Shown here: positions 19,182-27,565 of the stretch, piece after piece
Numbering within the stretch: position 1 is the first letter of the stretch
Layout of the letters: each line of letters opens with the position of its first letter
Source: Solirubrobacteraceae bacterium
GTDB lineage: Bacteria > Actinomycetota > Thermoleophilia > Solirubrobacterales > Solirubrobacteraceae
Assembly (NCBI GenBank): GCA_035505215.1
Contig: DATJQY010000015.1
Coordinates: 160,387-224,386 of the forward strand
Reading direction: 5' to 3'
DNA: 64,000 bases
Made by a program: the position numbers and the translations under genes
The notes under the pieces: model-generated
The model's database searches: none
What the model saw: the letters and a program-made list of their open reading frames with translations, nothing else
What the model was told of the DNA's origin: nothing

Positions 19182-19198
19182 TCTGAGGATTTCCTGTG
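19182..19198 (-). promoter_or_regulatory. Probable autoregulatory direct-repeat site upstream of the response regulator
   Basis: TCTGAG-GATTT-CCTGTG versus CCTGAG-AATTT-CCTGAG at 16895-16911. It sits just upstream of a GATAAT -10 element (minus strand) located 6 nt before the GTG start. Confidence 0.55.
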
Positions 19199-19211
19199 GA
19201 TCTGGGGTGCC

Positions 19212-20114
19212 CTAGAGGGTGGTGCGACAGGAGGCAGATCCGACCTTCACCTGCACGGGCTCGCCGGAGACCGAGCGTGGGGCTTTGAAGTAGACGTCGG
19301 CGTAGCCGGAGCTGTCGGTGCGCCAGATCGCCGAGCGCCCCGAGCTGTCGCTGACCGTCACCGTCTGGCTGGGCTGGTTGGAGTGGACGTAGACGTCGAA
19401 GTCGCCGTAGGCGCTCGAGTACGAGGCGGTGGCCGAGCAGTGAGCGGCGGATGACGAGGCCGTGGTCGGTGCCGGCGCGCGGGCGGCGAGCGCCACCCAG
19501 TTGGCGGCGATCGCGCGTTGCGCGTCGGCGAGCGTCATCTGCCCGTCGCACACCTTCTGGTTGAGCTCGTCCTCGACCGCGTCCTTGGGGTTCGGCGACG
19601 CGCCCGGCTCGGGCCATAGGTTCCTGGGGTCGTTGACCGCGCCGCCCAGCTCGAGCGGGACGAGGTGGTCGTACTCGTAGCCGCTCATGGGGCCACCATC
19701 GCCGTAAGCGGCCAAGCTCCGCGCCTTCTCGGTCTCGGTGACCTGTTCAGGCGGGCGGACGGTCGAGGTCCAGCCTTTCACGCAAATCGTCTGGTGGATG
19801 TTGGCCTGGGTGATCGCCGGATCGAGCGCGCCCGGGGTGCAGTGCGGATCGGGGCGGGAGTAGGGGCCGGTGCCCATCGCGTGGCAGGCGCCGGGCGGAG
19901 GCTGGGCCTGGACGCGTTGGGCGGATGCGGTCGAGTAGGCGAGGCCGTTCGTGGCCGTCCGCTGGCGTTCTGAGCGGCCGTGGGGCGCGTCGGTTGACGG
20001 CGCCTGTGCCGTGGTCGCAGGTGCGGTGCCGGCGGTGCTGCTTGGCGCGGCCTGGCCGCAGCCCGCCAGCGTGAGCGCGGCAAGCGCGATGAGCAGCGTG
20101 CGACGGCTTGTCAC
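19212..20114 (-). CDS. Lipoprotein with HNH-like (His-Me finger) motif and C-terminal beta-rich domain
   Basis: Start reassigned to GTG 20114 (lipobox LAGC). YEYDHLVPLELGG...RNLWP. Confidence 0.7.
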   Translation of the reverse strand: MTSRRTLLIALAALTLAGCGQAAPSSTAGTAPATTAQAPSTDAPHGRSERQRTATNGLAYSTASAQRVQAQPPPGACHAMGTGPYSRPDPHCTPGALDPAITQANIHQTICVKGWTSTVRPPEQVTETEKARSLAAYGDGGPMSGYEYDHLVPLELGGAVNDPRNLWPEPGASPNPKDAVEDELNQKVCDGQMTLADAQRAIAANWVALAARAPAPTTASSSAAHCSATASYSSAYGDFDVYVHSNQPSQTVTVSDSSGRSAIWRTDSSGYADVYFKAPRSVSGEPVQVKVGSASCRTTL

Positions 20115-20162
20115 GCGCGCGAAGATAGGTGGAGCGACGAGCTCAGAGAACGGAGGAGAGTC

Positions 20163-20678
20163 ATGGCTAGTAGCGACGTTGGCGGGGGAACGGTAGTCAT
20201 CGCCTACGACGGCTCGCCCGCGTCCCGCCAGGCGATCGTTGATTCGGCCAAGCTCGTCGGCTCGTGCCGCATCCTCGTCGTCACTGTGTGGGAGGAGGGG
20301 CTGGCGTACACGGCGCCGATCCTGGCGCCGACCGACGGCCTGGGGGTCAGGCCGATGGTCGACCCGGAGACGGCAAGGGAGCTCGATAGCGCCGTCCACG
20401 AGCACGCGAACCGCGTCTCGACCGAGGGGGCCACGCTGGCGCAATCGCTCGGGCTGGAGGCGGAACCACTCGCCCTGCCGGACGAGGGCAGCGCGGCCAG
20501 GACGATCCTCAGGCTGGCGCGTGAGCGGGACGCCCTGGCGATCGTCGTCGGCTCACGTGGCCTGGGCGGTATCCGAGCCCGGATCGAAGGCAGCACGTCG
20601 AAGGATCTCTTGAAGCACTCCCCCTGCCCGGTCCTCGTCGTGCACGAGGTCGAGGACAAGGACGACGCTGCCGAGTAA
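20163..20678 (+). CDS. Universal stress protein
   Basis: VVIAYDGS, IVVGSRGLGG, GSTS..LL.HSPCPVLVV. Confidence 0.93.
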   Translation: MASSDVGGGTVVIAYDGSPASRQAIVDSAKLVGSCRILVVTVWEEGLAYTAPILAPTDGLGVRPMVDPETARELDSAVHEHANRVSTEGATLAQSLGLEAEPLALPDEGSAARTILRLARERDALAIVVGSRGLGGIRARIEGSTSKDLLKHSPCPVLVVHEVEDKDDAAE

Positions 20679-20743
20679 GGATCGCCAGCGAGGGATCAGA
20701 GGCGCCGGATTGCCAATCGCCGGCACCCACGCTTGGCCTACGA

Positions 20744-20960
20744 CGTGGACTCGCGAGCCCCTGATCGTGTCGACACGCGGTCGCCCGAGGACAGGACCGG
20801 CGGCGGCGACCCGCCGAAGCCCTGCTTTCACCTGAGCTGCTCGCTCACTATCGAGGCCAGCAAGCCAGCGGTCGAACGTAGCCGTCCTCACCACCGCCCA
20901 CGACGCACCTGACCCGCGGCGAGGCGGCTCCGGTTCAGCCAAAGATGCGAGCTTGGCCAT
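20744..20960 (-). pseudogene. Truncated RelE/ParE-superfamily (phage Gp49-like) toxin fragment
   Basis: WAVVRTATFDRWLAGL...GPVLGRPRVDTIRGSRVH resembles the N-terminal half of Gp49-like RelE toxins. The expected KELR/RVLFAFD/LLV.GDK half is absent and the frame runs into the usp 3' end. Confidence 0.6.
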
Positions 20961-21267
20961 CCCCGTCCCCGGCGTCCATCCGCTGGCGCAGTGCCACCGC
21001 GAGACGTAGGTGTTCGAGAACGCGATCGCACGCCATCGCGAGCAGCTCGGTGGCGCGTTCCAGGTCCTGGGGATCCGCACTTTCCACCGCCGTGCGAATC
21101 GTGCCGACGAGCATCTCGATGACGACGGCGGCCGTGTCCTCGCCCGGAAACGCGTCCTCAGGAAGGTCCTCAATGAGATCCGACGCAACTCCGAACAGCA
21201 TCGATCCGGCGCGGAGGATCCCGATGGTGAATTCCTCGACCTGATCGGTCGCTTCGCTAGACGCCAT
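20935..21267 (-). CDS. Hypothetical acidic alpha-helical protein
   Basis: 110-aa ORF with protein-like composition; it overlaps the start of the toxin-like fragment. Confidence 0.6.
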   Translation of the reverse strand: MASSEATDQVEEFTIGILRAGSMLFGVASDLIEDLPEDAFPGEDTAAVVIEMLVGTIRTAVESADPQDLERATELLAMACDRVLEHLRLAVALRQRMDAGDGDGQARIFG

Positions 21268-21445
21268 GTGGGTAAGAGCATCTGGCGCCCGAGTTCCACC
21301 CCCGGTGGGTGTTCCAACTTAGTTACAAATCGAGGCCGCCCAGCGGTCTGCCGCGGTCGATCTCAGGACCCGCCACAGGACCTGGGCGAGAAACGCCCCG
21401 TATGTTCCCGTTTCTCGACCAGCTCGCGCCCAGGCTGACCGGACC

Positions 21446-22219
21446 TCAGCGCGCGTCCCACTGAAACCAGGCGATACCCACCCCGCCGAACGCGACGACG
21501 TAGCCGAAGCAGGCCGCCAGCGCCTCGGTGTCCTGGGTGCTCCAGCCGTGCACGCCGAGGACGCCGGCGAACAGGGTCATGACCACCCCCACCGGGCTCC
21601 AGCGCGCGATGTCTCCCCAGGTAGTGCCCAGGGCACCGCTCTGGCCGAGCGTGCCCAGCAGGATCAGGATGGCGAGCAGTACCCGCGCCACCGCCTGGAC
21701 GGTGTCGGCTGAGCGGACCAACCCGACCAGAGCCTGGGCGATGCTCAGGAACACGGCTCCCCCCAGCTCGGCCACGAGCAGCGCCAGGAGGTACTGACCG
21801 AACGAGAGCGAGAGGTTGTGGATCCGGCCGCCCACGATGACCACGAACAGCGACAGGATCAGGTTGGCCACCGCCTGGATGGCCAGGCGGCTGGTCATGA
21901 TCGTCCAGGTGGGGGCGGGGGTGACCCGCAAGCGCTGGAAGACGCCCTTCTCGCGGTCGCGCGCGACGGTCAGGGCGTAGCCGACGATCGAGGTGGCGGC
22001 CAGTCCGTAGGCGATGGCCAGGCCGACGATGTACACCGCCCCGCCGAACTTGTGGCTCGCCTTGACCCCGTTGGTGCTGAGGAGCAGGAACAGCGGCAGC
22101 AGCGCACTGACGACCAGCGCCCGGCGGTGCTTGAGAAAGACCTGGAAGTCCGCCCGGAAGAGCGACCTGAACACGACCGACAGCGGCGGCGGCGCGGACG
22201 AGCGTTCGAGGCTAGTCAC
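21446..22219 (-). CDS. ABC-2 type exporter permease
   Basis: Six hydrophobic segments and REKGVFQRLRVTP. Start reassigned to GTG 22219, which overlaps the ATPase stop. Confidence 0.9.
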   Translation of the reverse strand: MTSLERSSAPPPLSVVFRSLFRADFQVFLKHRRALVVSALLPLFLLLSTNGVKASHKFGGAVYIVGLAIAYGLAATSIVGYALTVARDREKGVFQRLRVTPAPTWTIMTSRLAIQAVANLILSLFVVIVGGRIHNLSLSFGQYLLALLVAELGGAVFLSIAQALVGLVRSADTVQAVARVLLAILILLGTLGQSGALGTTWGDIARWSPVGVVMTLFAGVLGVHGWSTQDTEALAACFGYVVAFGGVGIAWFQWDAR

Positions 22220-23132
22220 GGACCTCGCTCCCGGTGAGTCCAATGAATACGTCTTCCAGTGTGACCGCGCCGTGCGCGACGGCGCGCACCCGCGGATCGT
22301 CCTTGTGCTTCTCGATCAAATTGCGCGGCGTCTCCGCGGTCAGCAGCGTGCCGTGGTCGATGATGGCGACGCGGTCGCACACCGCCTGGGCCTCCTCCAT
22401 CGAGTGCGTGGTCAGGAGGATGCTGCCGCCCTCCTGGCGCAGATGCTCGATCCGCCCCCACAGCTGTCGGCGAGACTGCGGATCGAGGCCCGCCGTCGGC
22501 TCGTCGAGGAGGAGCAGAACGGGATCGTGAATCACCGCGATCTGCAGGGATAGGCGCTGCTGCTGCCCGCCTGAGAGCTGCTTGAACGGCTTATCGGCCT
22601 CGGCGCCCAGCCCCGTCTCCCGCAGCTTTCCCGTGACCTCCTCATCGGACAACCTCACCCCGTAGAGCCCGGCATAGAGCTCGATGATCTGATTGATCGT
22701 CAGTTCAGCCTGGAAGCTCGTCGCCTGGAGCTGCACCCCCATCCGCGCCTTGGCTGGCCCCGGATCACGGCGGATATCCATGCCGTCGACGAGCACGGTT
22801 CCGGTCCGAGGCTTGAGCAGGCCCTCGACCGCGCTCAGCGTGCTCGTCTTGCCAGCTCCGTTCGGACCCAGGAGACCGAAGATCTCCCCCCGCGCGATCC
22901 GGAAGCTGACCTCCGAGACGGCCACCTTGGCCCCGTAGGCGACGGTCAGGCCCTGGACCTCGAGGACCGCGTCGGTCGCCGCGTCGGGCGTTGGCGGCTG
23001 CGGGCGAGGGGTCGGCGGCACGGCCGGCGCCGGGGGCTGCGGGCGCAGCAGCAGCGTCCCGTCGCCCTGCTCTTCGGCGATGAGGTAGGTCTCCTCGTGC
23101 TCGCCCCGAATCACGCGCACCGTCTCGGGCAC
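22212..23132 (-). CDS. ABC transporter ATP-binding protein with extra N-terminal domain
   Basis: Walker A GPNGAGKT, signature LSGGQ, Walker B LLLDEP, H-loop TTH. Confidence 0.93.
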   Translation of the reverse strand: MPETVRVIRGEHEETYLIAEEQGDGTLLLRPQPPAPAVPPTPRPQPPTPDAATDAVLEVQGLTVAYGAKVAVSEVSFRIARGEIFGLLGPNGAGKTSTLSAVEGLLKPRTGTVLVDGMDIRRDPGPAKARMGVQLQATSFQAELTINQIIELYAGLYGVRLSDEEVTGKLRETGLGAEADKPFKQLSGGQQQRLSLQIAVIHDPVLLLLDEPTAGLDPQSRRQLWGRIEHLRQEGGSILLTTHSMEEAQAVCDRVAIIDHGTLLTAETPRNLIEKHKDDPRVRAVAHGAVTLEDVFIGLTGSEVRD

Positions 23133-23275
23133 TTATCGGACGGTACTGTCCCCCCAGGACCGATGCCGCGACCCCCTATCGCCCGCAGACTCATCCGCGC
23201 CGTGAGGTGGGCGGATCGCTGGGTGTCTGCCGCCGGGCGCAACTGCTGCGTGGGGCGCTCCCAGGAGCGCGCGCC

Positions 23276-24556
23276 GTGGACCCCCAAAGACAAGCTGACG
23301 CGCTCGCCGCGCTGAGCAGCTTCCCGCTGCTGGAGGCGATCTTCGGGCGCCGGTCGCGGCGCTTTCCGCTCGGCGGCGAGATCCCCGACGGGCCCCTTAC
23401 CTACAAATCCAAGCACGAGCATCTCCCCCTCTCCGAGCTCGAGACGCTCCTGATCCTGGCCGTGATGACGGGCACGACGGGCTGGCACTACGGGATCACG
23501 CGCCACGCCCGCTACGCCCCCGCGCTGGCCAACTACAACGCCGCCGCCGCGGGCCGCACCTTCCCCTCGGCGGCGGGCTTTCACACCTCGGAGCTCTTCT
23601 TCACCGACGACTCCGGGCTCTACTTCCTCCCCACCCGCGACGCCGGGGCGCTCGTCGATCCGGCCACCGAGGAGGTGACGGTGGAGCTGATGCTCGCGCG
23701 CCACCGCGACCGCGTGCAAAAGCTGTCGGGCACGCGCCTCCACCTCCCGCGTGAGGAGCCCTACCTCGAGGGCCACAACACGTGGATCGCCAACGAGCCC
23801 GGCTCGCTGCTCGCGATCCCGATCGCCGACATCGCCCAGCACCACATCGCCAACCTGTGCTTCTTCACCCAGAACGGCTACTGCCTCTACGACGACATCA
23901 ACCAGCGCCCGATCCCCGGAATCGAGGCGTTCGGCGATCTGGTCGACCTCGAGGCGCCGGTCCCGCTGTCCTTCGTCGAGCAGTACTCGCTCACCGAGGC
24001 CTCGGCCGAGCTCATGACCTCCAGCTACAACGGCGCCCTGCTGCTCCAGGCCATGGGGCTTGGCGGATGGTCGTTTGACGGCATCGAGCACATGGCACTG
24101 CTCGGAGCCTCGGGGAACCCCGAGGTCCCGGGCCTCGGCTTCCGCTACGACACCGACGAGCGCTGGGGCACCCCGAACCCCACCGGGCGGACCGACGGAA
24201 CCTTCCACGCCTTCTGCCCGCCCCACTTCCCGACCATGGCCGCCGCGGTCGACGCCTTCTGCGAGCGCAAGTTCGGCCCCGGCGGCCCGTATCACCCGGA
24301 CACGCCGGGGCCGTGGCAGGACTCGCGCCGGGTCCGCGCCGCCGCCGAGCCCCACGACGAACGCTTCCGCGCCTGCGTGACCCTCCAGTGCCAGTACACG
24401 CTCGAGACCTGGGGCAAGTTCCCGGGCACGGTGCCGAGCGTGTGGGTGATGAACTTCCTCCAGGCCCAGCACATCGACCTCGAGTTCTACGACCACCACT
24501 TCCGCCCCGGGGCCTACCTCGACACCCACCGCCGGCACATGGAGGTCTGGCACTAA
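23276..24556 (+). CDS. Nitroreductase/SagB-like fold protein of unknown function
   Basis: RRSRRF, GRTFPSAAG and LLLQAMGLGGW resemble FMN-binding motifs of the nitroreductase superfamily. GTG start follows AGGAG. Confidence 0.55.
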   Translation: MDPQRQADALAALSSFPLLEAIFGRRSRRFPLGGEIPDGPLTYKSKHEHLPLSELETLLILAVMTGTTGWHYGITRHARYAPALANYNAAAAGRTFPSAAGFHTSELFFTDDSGLYFLPTRDAGALVDPATEEVTVELMLARHRDRVQKLSGTRLHLPREEPYLEGHNTWIANEPGSLLAIPIADIAQHHIANLCFFTQNGYCLYDDINQRPIPGIEAFGDLVDLEAPVPLSFVEQYSLTEASAELMTSSYNGALLLQAMGLGGWSFDGIEHMALLGASGNPEVPGLGFRYDTDERWGTPNPTGRTDGTFHAFCPPHFPTMAAAVDAFCERKFGPGGPYHPDTPGPWQDSRRVRAAAEPHDERFRACVTLQCQYTLETWGKFPGTVPSVWVMNFLQAQHIDLEFYDHHFRPGAYLDTHRRHMEVWH

Positions 24557-24557
24557 A

Positions 24558-24662
24558 AAAGTGCGCCTCGTGTGCGGCCCGCGATCGAGACGCACGTTTG
24601 GGTCCTATAGAGCACACAACGTGCGCCCGAATCCCCACCCGTGAGCGAGACGCACGTTTTTT
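24558..24662. repeat. Two REP-like hairpin units in 60-bp tandem
   Basis: GTGCGCC at 24561 and 24621; CGAGACGCACGTTT at 24586 and 24646. Each unit has complementary arms. Confidence 0.75.
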
Positions 24663-24669
24663 CAGGGAA

Positions 24670-24741
24670 GGCCGGGCCGCATGCGGCCCGGCCCCGCCCG
24701 GTGCATGCACCGGGCGGCGGGGGCGCGCATGCGCGCCCCCG
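24670..24741. repeat. Array of three abutting perfect 24-bp palindromes centred on GCATGC
   Basis: GGCCGGGCCGCATGCGGCCCGGCC | CCGCCCGGTGCATGCACCGGGCGG | CGGGGGCGCGCATGCGCGCCCCCG, checked base by base. Confidence 0.95.
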
Positions 24742-24756
24742 AACACCACGATGCGC

Positions 24757-26346
24757 TCAGACCGTGTCGAGCCCCTGGTTGATCATCCGGCCCACGGTCT
24801 CGTACTTGGCCCGGTCGTTGCGCTTGAGATAGAAGGCGTAGCCGAGCCCACCGAGGAAGATCAGCAGGTCGGCCCAGCACAGCCACTTGGCGTAGCTGTA
24901 GCCCGAGCCCAGGAAGCTCAGGTGCTTGATGGCCAGGTAGAGGACGATGGCCTGGCTGACCAACGAGAGCAACGGCGCGCTGATCGTCGTCCACCAGTGG
25001 TGCTCCTCCTTGTGGTGGGTGCGGAAGTAGTTCCAGATGGCCAGCGAGACCAGCGCCTGGATGGCCAGGATCGAGACCACGCCCATGACGGCCATCAGGC
25101 CGTAGACCTGGAGATAGCCGACCGAGTCCGCCGAGCCGAGCTTCGGGTCGACGGCCGCGAACAGCGCGAAGGCGAGCAGGATCAGCGCCGCGATGACCGA
25201 CTGCGTCGTCGAGGCGATGTGGGCGCTCTTCCACTTGTGGTGGGTCCGGCCCAGCGCCGCGGGCAGGATCCGCTCGCGCCCGAGCGAGTACATGTAGCGC
25301 GCCGTCGTGTTGTGGAAGGCCATCCCGCAGGCGAACGAGCCCGTGATGATGAACCAGCTCAGGCACCCCTGCAGGAACGCGCCGGCGAAGTGATGCGCGG
25401 GCAGGAAGAAGAAGTTCGCGGCGTTGTTCTGGGCCACCGACGCCGCGGCGTCAACCGAGTGGTAGCCGCTGAGGCCGGCCCACGAGGTGATCGTGTAGAA
25501 GATCATGAGCCCGATCACCGAGATGTACAGCGCCCGGGGGACGTTCTTTCTGGGGTTTCTCGACTCCTCCCCGTAGTTGGGGGCCATCTCCCAGCCGACC
25601 CAGGACCAGAAGGCGAAGAAGAGGCCGATCGACCAGGCTCCGGCCGCGATCGTGGCGCCGGCGACGTGGCCGCCAGGATAGCTCTTGAACGCGTTGGCCG
25701 GGTTGATGGCGGCGGCGCTGACGTTATGGGAGGCCTGGGTGAAGATGACGATGTCGAACACCAACAGGGTGAGGACCTCGCACAGCAGCGCGATCCCGAG
25801 GATGCGGGCCGAGATCCGGACGTCGAAGTAGGTCAGGGCCGCGATCAGCGCGATCATGAAGAACCCGCACCAGTACCACTGGATGTTGACTCCGTAGTGG
25901 TGGAGTTTCAGCTGGGCGAAGTAGGCGAACCCGCCCACCAGCGAGACCTCAAACACGCTGTAGGCGGACACCATCAGCAACCCGCTGGCCATCCCCAGCT
26001 CGCGGTTCAGGCCGTGGCTGATGAAGCTGTAGAAGCCGCCCGCCGTGGTCACCTTGCGCGACATGGCGACATAGCCCACCCCGAAGATGGTGAGCACGAC
26101 CCCGGCCACGATGAAGCCGGCGGGCGTCCCGAGCCCGTTCCCGTAGCCAACCGAGATCGGCGTGTTGAACAGCATGGCCGAGATCGGCGCCGATCCCGTG
26201 ACGGTGAGAAACAGCACACCGACCAGACCCACCGCCCCGGCGCGCAGCTTGTGGATGTCCTCGCGCTGGCCAACGTCGATGCTCTCCACCACGGGGAGCA
26301 TCCCCTCGTGGTGCTCTCCCACCCCGCCTGGACTGATTGTGCTCAC
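24757..26346 (-). CDS. APC-family amino acid/amine permease
   Basis: About 12 TM segments, GSAP in TM1, GGFYSFISHGL, YGEESRNPRKNVPRA. RBS GGAGGAG before the GTG start. Confidence 0.92.
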   Translation of the reverse strand: MSTISPGGVGEHHEGMLPVVESIDVGQREDIHKLRAGAVGLVGVLFLTVTGSAPISAMLFNTPISVGYGNGLGTPAGFIVAGVVLTIFGVGYVAMSRKVTTAGGFYSFISHGLNRELGMASGLLMVSAYSVFEVSLVGGFAYFAQLKLHHYGVNIQWYWCGFFMIALIAALTYFDVRISARILGIALLCEVLTLLVFDIVIFTQASHNVSAAAINPANAFKSYPGGHVAGATIAAGAWSIGLFFAFWSWVGWEMAPNYGEESRNPRKNVPRALYISVIGLMIFYTITSWAGLSGYHSVDAAASVAQNNAANFFFLPAHHFAGAFLQGCLSWFIITGSFACGMAFHNTTARYMYSLGRERILPAALGRTHHKWKSAHIASTTQSVIAALILLAFALFAAVDPKLGSADSVGYLQVYGLMAVMGVVSILAIQALVSLAIWNYFRTHHKEEHHWWTTISAPLLSLVSQAIVLYLAIKHLSFLGSGYSYAKWLCWADLLIFLGGLGYAFYLKRNDRAKYETVGRMINQGLDTV

Positions 26347-26362
26347 CTTGGTCTCCTCCGTG

Positions 26363-26827
26363 TTACGTGGTCACTGACACCGCGTGTTTGTCGCTTGAGT
26401 TGCCACTGTCCGTCCCGTCCAGAACCGCCACGAGCACCCGCTCGACGGCGGCATTCCATTCGCTCTGCCGAAGGCGGACCTTGGCCGGCCTGAGCGTCCG
26501 CGGCTCGACGTCCGAATAATCAGTTCGGGCCAGCCGGTCAAAGGACGCGATGGCCCGGATCACGATCCCGTAGTCGTGGGCGCCGACGAAGCTCCCGATC
26601 CAGTCCCCGGGTCGCCCCTCGTCGGCGAAGATGCCCTCGCGCACGCCCTCCCAGTAGGCGTGCTGGAACAGGCAGCCGGCGATTCCGCGCTTGACCCAGC
26701 ACCCAGCCGTGAGCTCGTGCTCGCCCCGGCCGAGCCCGCGCAGGCTCAGCTGGAGCAGTTTCCGGCCCTGCTCGGATGCGGCCAGGTCGGCCAGGTCCTC
26801 ACGTAGGCGCTGCTCTTCGGCGGTCAT
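26363..26827 (-). CDS. Hypothetical protein
   Basis: 154-aa ORF lying co-oriented between the TIM-barrel and permease genes (53- and 17-bp gaps). GC.....GCLFQHAYW motif. Confidence 0.65.
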   Translation of the reverse strand: MTAEEQRLREDLADLAASEQGRKLLQLSLRGLGRGEHELTAGCWVKRGIAGCLFQHAYWEGVREGIFADEGRPGDWIGSFVGAHDYGIVIRAIASFDRLARTDYSDVEPRTLRPAKVRLRQSEWNAAVERVLVAVLDGTDSGNSSDKHAVSVTT

Positions 26828-26879
26828 GTCGTCACCTCGTTGGTTGGGTACATCAGAGAGGACGCCTCCACCGCCGATT

Positions 26880-27554
26880 TCATGCCTTGACTCCGCCGGC
26901 TGCCTCGAGGCCGTAGCGGAGCTGCTCCGCGAGCGATCCGTCGGGAACCAGCTTTCCGTCGAGCGCCGCGGTGCCGATCGTGAACGCCCACACGCCGCGC
27001 TCGGCCAGGGCCCGGATCCGCTCCGCCGAGTCGACCGAGCCGGCAGCGATCACCGGCAGCGCGGTCGCCCCGACGACGGCCTCGACGAGCGCGTCGACAT
27101 CGCCGTCGTAGCGGTAGGCGAGCAGGTTGATCCCGGCCACGCCGAGCTGCTCGACCCGCCGGGCGTCGTCCGTGATCTCCTGGAGCGTCCCGCGCAGCAG
27201 GCACGGGTGGTCGATCACACGCCCGATGTAGGGGAAGAACTGGAGCTCGGTGCCCGCGATGATCTCCTGCACCGGCTCGACCAGCGTGCCCCCGATCAGA
27301 TAGTCGGGGCCGATCTCCGCCGCCACGCGAGCGGACTCAAGCGTCGCCGCCTCGGTCTCGGAGACCACCTCGAGATAGCTCGTGTGCCCGTTGGCGCGGA
27401 TGTCGTCCATGAGCCGCGTGAGCTCGTCGCGCGGGAGCCCCAGGTCCTTGCAGCCCACGTGGCTGATGCCACTCGCGGCCACCGACTCATACACGGCTCG
27501 TGCGTCGGCAATCGTCCGGTCATCCCGGGTCAGCATGAAAATGAACTCGGTCAG
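26880..27554 (-). CDS. Ribulose-phosphate-binding-type TIM-barrel enzyme of unknown function
   Basis: FIFMLT..D, HVGCKD, YLEVVS, PVIAAGSV and AFTIGTA (C-terminal phosphate-binding loops). Start uncertain (27554 or 27536). Confidence 0.65.
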   Translation of the reverse strand: MTEFIFMLTRDDRTIADARAVYESVAASGISHVGCKDLGLPRDELTRLMDDIRANGHTSYLEVVSETEAATLESARVAAEIGPDYLIGGTLVEPVQEIIAGTELQFFPYIGRVIDHPCLLRGTLQEITDDARRVEQLGVAGINLLAYRYDGDVDALVEAVVGATALPVIAAGSVDSAERIRALAERGVWAFTIGTAALDGKLVPDGSLAEQLRYGLEAAGGVKA

Positions 27555-27565
27555 CTCACACCCCA

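Noticed and set aside
20115-20444. N-terminal extension of the 410-aa ORF
   Set aside because: It overlaps usp on the opposite strand. The lipoprotein signal begins at GTG 20114.
24558-24741. Palindrome and hairpin arrays as CRISPR or attC-type integron sites
   Set aside because: No repeat-spacer alternation, no GTTRRRY/RYYYAAC ends, no cassette ORFs and no integrase.
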